From Anaerolineae bacterium (GTDB lineage Bacteria; Chloroflexota; Anaerolineae; S140-20): DNA of 64,000 nt. The DNA lies in assembly GCA_027021705.1 (NCBI GenBank), contig JALUTT010000181.1, positions 1-64,000 on the forward strand, in the 5' to 3' direction. Shown in pieces: positions 58,599 to 64,000 of this stretch (positions are counted from its first letter, which is position 1; each line of letters begins with the position of its first letter). Under the pieces are notes generated by a model, which saw nothing but the letters and a program-made list of their open reading frames with translations, was not told where the DNA came from and did not search any database. The translations under genes and the position numbers were made by a program.

Positions 58599-60019
58599 CT
58601 CGTCCTTCCCCTGCGCATGAAACGCCGTGCTATTTGTGCAAGACGAGCAAGAGGTTTCTGGATGTTTCGCTTCGCTGCCGGCCCCGTTTGTTCCTGAGCT
58701 GGCCACTCAGGCGATTCATTGACCTGTATCAAGGTGCTCTCTCGTTCCAGAACGAGACTGCGATTCCGGCGAATAACCGCGCTAAGGTGTTCATCTCCGA
58801 TTTCTTGAGCAAGGCTCAAAGCCTGTTCATAATACATTACCGCCCGATGTTCCTTGCCTAGACCTTCGGCAAGATTGCCCATTGCCGCCAGCAAGCGCGC
58901 TTCCATCTGCTTCTGTCCTATTTCCCGGCTTATGCGCAACGCTTGCTCGTAGTATCGAGCTGCCCTTTCGAGTTTGCCCAGACGATGATAAGCCTGTCCA
59001 AGGCTCGCAAGCCGACCACCTTCGACAACCCTGTTGCCTATGTGGCGTGCAGCAACCAGGTTCTGCTCAAAACACTGAATAGCACGCTCAATCTCACCTG
59101 TTTCCAGGTAAATATCACCAAGACCGCCTAATAGATCGCTCTCTTGAATCCTGTCACCCATTAAACGCGCCAAATTCAATGCATCCTCAATAAGTTCTAC
59201 CGCCTTTGAAAGGTTACCTTCTATCCGAGCAATACTTGCCAGGCTATACAAAAACCCTATCTCCAGGTCCTGATCTCCTGCCAAGAGAGCGTGCTTCAAT
59301 CCTTTTCGGTATGTTTGGCGTGCTTTGCGCCAATTGCCAACATCGAGGAGTGCATTCCCTCTCATCTGGAGTGCAAGCGCGATAGATCTATGATCACGCT
59401 GCTTAGAAGCAAGAACATACATCTGTCTTTGCAGTCTTTCCGCCTGACGTAGATTACCCAGGCGACGGAAGGCGCTTTCCATGCTCATCAAGGCAACAAA
59501 CTCTGTCTGCCAGTCTTTGGCGTTCTGCGCCAGAATCTGTGCACGTTTGTAGCATTCAAACGCTTTTGTTGTATCCCCCATCGCCAAATAGGCACTACCA
59601 AGCCGCAAAAGTATCAGGGATACAATACGGTTCCCGTGTTGCTCTAGAGACACGGATGAGAGGAGCGAATAGGCTCGCTCACAGCAATCGGCAACCTGCT
59701 TTGAATCGCCCAGGTTGTCGTGGACTTCACTGAGTCGCAAAAGAGAGAAAAGTTCGGCGATTTTGTCCTGTTTGCTCCGCGTTACCTCTAGCTCGCGCTG
59801 TGTCCATTCAAGCGCCTCTTTCCACAGACCGCGCAGTTGTAAGTGCGGATAGAACGTTTCTACGTAATCCGATAGCAGTTGCGGATCCCCTTGAGCAGCA
59901 ACCCAATTCCACGCATGCCTTATTTGCGGCCATTCGGCGTCGAACCATTGCCAATCCTTAAGATGGGCTTTGGCATATTCCAGGTAAAATCGAGCGTGTC
60001 GTTCCAGCACCTTGCTCAT
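58595..60019 (-). CDS. Stand-alone TPR-repeat protein (sensor 1)
   Basis: TPR-like repeats (LGSAY..G...KA..CY; LGQAYHRLG..ERA..YYEQAL); ATGA-coupled to the NB-ARC gene. Confidence 0.88.
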   Translation of the reverse strand: MSKVLERHARFYLEYAKAHLKDWQWFDAEWPQIRHAWNWVAAQGDPQLLSDYVETFYPHLQLRGLWKEALEWTQRELEVTRSKQDKIAELFSLLRLSEVHDNLGDSKQVADCCERAYSLLSSVSLEQHGNRIVSLILLRLGSAYLAMGDTTKAFECYKRAQILAQNAKDWQTEFVALMSMESAFRRLGNLRQAERLQRQMYVLASKQRDHRSIALALQMRGNALLDVGNWRKARQTYRKGLKHALLAGDQDLEIGFLYSLASIARIEGNLSKAVELIEDALNLARLMGDRIQESDLLGGLGDIYLETGEIERAIQCFEQNLVAARHIGNRVVEGGRLASLGQAYHRLGKLERAARYYEQALRISREIGQKQMEARLLAAMGNLAEGLGKEHRAVMYYEQALSLAQEIGDEHLSAVIRRNRSLVLERESTLIQVNESPEWPAQEQTGPAAKRNIQKPLARLAQIARRFMRRGRTR

Positions 60020-61164
60020 AGTCCCATCTTTTCCATCATTTCCGCCGCATAGTCGGCCAGCAGCGCATGCATCCAGTAGCGCTCGCCCCGACGCTCCACC
60101 AGACCGCGTTGGATAAAGCGCGAGATGGTCGCTTCAGCTTCTTCCACCGAACATTCCCACACATGAGCAGCAGCCTTGATCTCCCACGTAAGTGGCTCGC
60201 CGCCGAAGACGGCCAGCATGGCAAAGCGTTCTTGGTCGGTCTTGCTCAGCCGCTCCACGCTCATCCCCAGAATCGCCTGAAGGGAGACGGGTTGGTCTTC
60301 GGCCAGACCTAGGCGTCCTTCCGCCTGGAGCAGCTGCAAACGGGCTTCCCGGTGCTCCATGAGCTCATCCAGCAGCCGTTGCATCCGCGTTGGCACGTCA
60401 GCCTCGCTGGCTAGCAACCGCCCTGCCAAGGTCAGAGCCAAAGGCAGGAACTCTAGCCGTTCACAGAGACGCATTGCGTTTTGCTCATCAGCGGCAACAG
60501 CTTCGGGTGCCAAGCGGCGTAATAGTGCCAGAGCAGCCTCCGGTTTCAGCACATCTACCCGCAGTGTCCGTCCGCGTGTGGCCAATGTATAAGCAATGGG
60601 TGCCTCACGGGTGGTAAGGACCGTACGACAACGAGGACCGGCGACCATGAAGTACTGACCGTGGGTTACCTCCCAAACATCATCCACAATCAGCAGCACG
60701 CGTCGGTGATAAAGAACGGCCCGGAGACGATCACGACAGGCATTCTCATCGCGCTCTGGTAGCAAATCTACCCCAAGGGCCCGACCCCACCCATCGAGGA
60801 GGATGCGAATGGTTGGGTTAGGCCCCAAGGCTACCCAAAGCACACCATCGGGGAAGAGCTTGGGAATGATCTCTAACCGTCCTAAGGCGATGGCTAGGGT
60901 TGTCTTGCCGATGCCGCCCATCCCACGCAGAGCTACTGGGGGGATATCAGTCGCCTGCTCATCATCAAGAGCCAGCAGGTCGAACAAGCGAGTCAGGTCC
61001 TCGTCACGGCCGAGAACACCCTGGGGTGGGAGCGGCGGCGTCATAAACGGTGGCGGCGTTCGCGTTGCTGGCATACCGACGGTAGCAGCCGCTTGGTCAC
61101 CGATAGCTAGGCCGTAGACGGTGCCATGAATCGTCACCTTGTGCCGATCGAGTTCGTTGCTCAT
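60016..61164 (-). CDS. NB-ARC protein lacking a C-terminal sensor domain, with N-terminal amyloid-like motif
   Basis: LGRDEDL, LRGMGGIGKTTLA, FPDGVLWV, LLIVDDVW, VLTTR, FLPLAL, YWMHALL, then a stop 13 residues later. Confidence 0.9.
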   Translation of the reverse strand: MSNELDRHKVTIHGTVYGLAIGDQAAATVGMPATRTPPPFMTPPLPPQGVLGRDEDLTRLFDLLALDDEQATDIPPVALRGMGGIGKTTLAIALGRLEIIPKLFPDGVLWVALGPNPTIRILLDGWGRALGVDLLPERDENACRDRLRAVLYHRRVLLIVDDVWEVTHGQYFMVAGPRCRTVLTTREAPIAYTLATRGRTLRVDVLKPEAALALLRRLAPEAVAADEQNAMRLCERLEFLPLALTLAGRLLASEADVPTRMQRLLDELMEHREARLQLLQAEGRLGLAEDQPVSLQAILGMSVERLSKTDQERFAMLAVFGGEPLTWEIKAAAHVWECSVEEAEATISRFIQRGLVERRGERYWMHALLADYAAEMMEKMGL

Positions 61165-61220
61165 AGACTTCTCCTCATGGCCGTTCCACTAGCCGCCCAG
61201 CGGTTTTGCCTATGGAACGC

Positions 61221-61763
61221 TCAGGATTCGCTTGCTTCTCCAGATGCTGGTGGTTCAGCTCCTTCTACGTTCACATTAACCAGTGCCTGGTTGCCAAGAG
61301 CCATCCCCCTGGCTTCGCCGACATTCACGCTGTATTTCCCCTGTTGCACCACGTTCTGGTCACCGGTCACGATGATGCTGCCTTCAATCTTTCTAGCTGC
61401 CACGCTGTGTTCACCGCTAGCAATTACGGTTACGCCCATAGCCTTTGCCTTTTCCCACAATTGGGCCACTTCAGCAGCCAGTTCTTCGTCCTCGGACAGG
61501 ATTTTCCTGAGTTGCAGGCGCAGGGCGGCTTGGGCGTCCCCATCTTTCGGCGCTGCGGCCACATCCTGCACTGCTTCCCGTGCCGCTGGCTTGGCCTCCA
61601 CCTTGGAGCGCAGTTTGCCCCACAGCGCCTTGGCTTTCTCCCAGGCGTCGCCACCCAGTTTCTTGCCTGCTTCCTCAGTCGCTCTTTCACCTGCCTTGAG
61701 CAGGTAAGGCAAGAAAGGGGTAAGAAAAGCGGCTACGTCCTTCGCCAGCATTGCTATGTCCAT
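61221..61763 (-). CDS. Small helical Bell/HeLo-like putative effector with two C-terminal amyloid-like motifs
   Basis: FLTPFLPYLLKAGE..EEAGKKLG.DAWEKAKALW helical domain followed by a G/N/Q/V-rich beta-type tail. Confidence 0.7.
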   Translation of the reverse strand: MDIAMLAKDVAAFLTPFLPYLLKAGERATEEAGKKLGGDAWEKAKALWGKLRSKVEAKPAAREAVQDVAAAPKDGDAQAALRLQLRKILSEDEELAAEVAQLWEKAKAMGVTVIASGEHSVAARKIEGSIIVTGDQNVVQQGKYSVNVGEARGMALGNQALVNVNVEGAEPPASGEASES

Positions 61764-61778
61764 CGTAAGCTCCTTCTG

Positions 61779-64000
61779 TTATCCCATCACCACATACGGA
61801 TACGGCTCCACGTCCCCGATGATGCTCCGCAGCCCCTCCCGTACCTCCGGATCCTCGATGTCCGGCGCCTCTTCCGGCAAAGTGATGAGCCGGGCCACCC
61901 AGCGGTAGAAGGGCGTTTTGTCCTGGGCCTCTTCCGCCAGGGTGAGGAAGATGTTGGCCTGGGCCTCCGGGCTCCACCCCGTCCAGCCGTACAAATCCCG
62001 ATTGACGCCGTCGAAGCGGAAGAAGCGCTCGTGGAGGACGTCTACCTTCTTGGGCTTGCGGCCCACCAGCACTTTCTCCTCGTCGAAAGGGATGGGCCGG
62101 CAGTCCCAGTCCATGCACTCGCGCACGAACTGCTCCGCCGAAATGGGCCGGCCGCCGTAGTAGACCGCCCGCAGGGGCTCGAACTTGGGGTTTCGCGCCA
62201 GAATACCGGCGACCTCTGCCGGGGTGAGCGGCCGCTCCCGCAACGGCGGCTGGGCGGCGAAGATGTCTTCGATGAGGTCGCAGATGTAGTCGCGGATTTC
62301 GAACTGCATCTCTTTATGCCAATCGAAATCGTGAAGGAGATCCGAGGATTCCCAATCTGCTAATGCCGAGACGACCTCCTCTTCAAGTTGATAAATGTCT
62401 CGCACGCAGCCATCGACTTCTCTTTGTAGTTCCACCCACCTTTGAGCAAGTTGCTCAAGATTGCCGCGATATGCTTGCTGGCGAGTTTGTAAGTCGGCTA
62501 GTGACTCGAAATGCACGTCTCGTATCAGGTGATACGGATGTAACGCGTTGATCTGCTCCACGAGGCTTGTCATTTCTTGTGAAAGTGCTATCAGTGTCTC
62601 GGCTGCAGTTCCATCTGGCACTGGGATCGGGAACCCTTTGATGTGATGGCCATAGATGTCGAAATACTGCTGGCGCACCCGGCTTGCCGTTCTCGCCACG
62701 TAGAAAGCAAACAAAGACGAATTCATCAACGCTGCCAAATGGAAAGTAAGTTCCCCTTCATCCAATTTCGGGTACGCAACCTGGGCTGGATGATCCACCA
62801 AGAATCGGCCTATACTGTCACCGAAGGCATGTGGGCGCAACACCACGCTGGGCCAGGCAATCTTCGGCACGCCCAGGCGGGCGTTGGTCTGATGGAGCCG
62901 GAAAAAGGGGATGCCAGCGTCCTTGTAAGTCATCCGTTCCCAGGTGGCTCGCGCCCAAAGATATTCCTTGTACCTCAGTAGGTAACGGTAAGCGTTGGGA
63001 TACCGTTCGGCGAAATCGGCGATAAGTTCGCCTGTCTCCTTATCATGGGTGTAAAGCACATACGTCTGCTCCTTCTTCCGGTTCCCGTGCCAAGTGACGG
63101 TCCAGTTGCGGATGTTCTTCCCCCGCAGGCAGGGGATGCAGATTTCCCGCTCCAGCTTGTTCCGGCGGATGAAGCTCTCCGTGATGTAGTCGCAGAAGAC
63201 CGGGTCGGCGTTGGTCATGAAGTCCACACCGATGCGCGCGTAGTCGGCCAGGGTCTTGTCGGAGGCGGCCCGGATTTTGCCCAGCAGGTCGCGGGCGCTG
63301 CGGCGCAGGGTCCAGGGATGAGAGCGGAAGTGCTCCTGCCGCTCCCAATAGTGACCGGCATAGTCCTTGAAGACGGCACCCCCTCCCCGGCCCTCCCACC
63401 CCCCTCCGGCTCCCCCCTGAGAGGGGGGAGTGAGCAGGCAGTGCAGGGCGGCCCATGTCTCCTCTCGCGTCCGGCCCGCCGGCTGGTAGGTGGCCAGCAC
63501 CTCCACCGGCGCATCGGCGGGCACGGGGGCATCGTCCTCCGGCCGCTGCACCACGATGAGGGCGGGGTAGGCGCCGGCCTCGAAGACCTGGGCGTCGGTC
63601 AGGTCGGCGAAGAAGAGCAGGCGGTAACGCTCGCCCGCCAGCAGCGCGGCCAGCTTCTTGCCATAGGCCTGCTTGGCGAACTTGCCGCTGGTGATGTAGC
63701 CCAGGTAGCCACCGGGCACCAGCAGTTCCAGCCCCCGTTCGACAAAGGGTACCGAGAGGTCAAAGTTGCCACTGGCTGTCTTGTAGTTTGTGCGCAGGTA
63801 CTGGACGAAGTCCACCCGCTCCCAACTGCCGTTCACCGGTGCGACCACCTCGGCCCCCTGACGGTGGATGCGCACGTAGGGCGGGTTGGCGTTGACCACG
63901 TGGAAGCCCTTGGCCAGGGCGTCCCGCAGGTCCACCCGCAGGTGGGTTAGCTCCCGGCCGTACCAGCGGGCCACAGGGTCCGTCTCCCGGCGGGGCGGCC
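61779..64000 (-). CDS. PglX-like / type IIG N6-adenine DNA methyltransferase, 5' part outside the window
   Basis: GFHVVNANPPY, DLSVPFVERGLELL..GG.LGYITS.KF, LRGKNIRNW, AALMNSSL (TaqI-C-like); frame is open to the window edge. Confidence 0.85.
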   Translation of the reverse strand, partial: PPRRETDPVARWYGRELTHLRVDLRDALAKGFHVVNANPPYVRIHRQGAEVVAPVNGSWERVDFVQYLRTNYKTASGNFDLSVPFVERGLELLVPGGYLGYITSGKFAKQAYGKKLAALLAGERYRLLFFADLTDAQVFEAGAYPALIVVQRPEDDAPVPADAPVEVLATYQPAGRTREETWAALHCLLTPPSQGGAGGGWEGRGGGAVFKDYAGHYWERQEHFRSHPWTLRRSARDLLGKIRAASDKTLADYARIGVDFMTNADPVFCDYITESFIRRNKLEREICIPCLRGKNIRNWTVTWHGNRKKEQTYVLYTHDKETGELIADFAERYPNAYRYLLRYKEYLWARATWERMTYKDAGIPFFRLHQTNARLGVPKIAWPSVVLRPHAFGDSIGRFLVDHPAQVAYPKLDEGELTFHLAALMNSSLFAFYVARTASRVRQQYFDIYGHHIKGFPIPVPDGTAAETLIALSQEMTSLVEQINALHPYHLIRDVHFESLADLQTRQQAYRGNLEQLAQRWVELQREVDGCVRDIYQLEEEVVSALADWESSDLLHDFDWHKEMQFEIRDYICDLIEDIFAAQPPLRERPLTPAEVAGILARNPKFEPLRAVYYGGRPISAEQFVRECMDWDCRPIPFDEEKVLVGRKPKKVDVLHERFFRFDGVNRDLYGWTGWSPEAQANIFLTLAEEAQDKTPFYRWVARLITLPEEAPDIEDPEVREGLRSIIGDVEPYPYVVMG

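Noticed and set aside
55633..60019. Diversity-generating retroelement acting on the TPR genes
   Set aside because: No reverse transcriptase and no adenine-specific template/variable repeat pair visible.

Overview
High-GC bacterial chromosome segment, most consistent with Chloroflexota/Anaerolineae (inference from gene content and repeat style). The left ~44 kb is mostly metabolic. It holds galE; a CHAT-NACHT-HEAT / Vps62-like / C25-peptidase cluster; a GAF histidine kinase; a HutC-like regulator with a Liv-type ABC transporter, hutU and a P5C-dehydrogenase-like gene; an Aap/Bzt amino-acid ABC operon; a glyA-gcvT fusion; glycosyltransferases; a radical SAM gene and an MFS transporter. This part is peppered with toxin-antitoxin modules, a defective IS630, several MITE/REPIN-like families, heptamer repeat mosaics and a 224-bp tandem array. 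The right ~20 kb (minus strand) is a BREX/Pgl-like defence locus: PglX-like MTase (cut by the window edge), PglY/BrxC-like ATPase, PglZ and a short BrxL. The most striking feature is a lower-GC six-gene cassette (52040-61763) inserted between the MTase and the PglY-like gene. It encodes a small helical (Bell/HeLo-like) protein with two different amyloid-signalling-like motifs, and a sensor-less NB-ARC protein whose N-terminus matches motif 2. Three coupled stand-alone TPR proteins follow, all beginning with the helical segment that normally follows the NB-ARC winged helix (a split NLR with three sensors). The last gene is a 1197-aa STAND ATPase whose N-terminus matches motif 1. No rRNA, tRNA or CRISPR array was recognised. 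Family assignments come from motif recognition by eye; no database searches were run.
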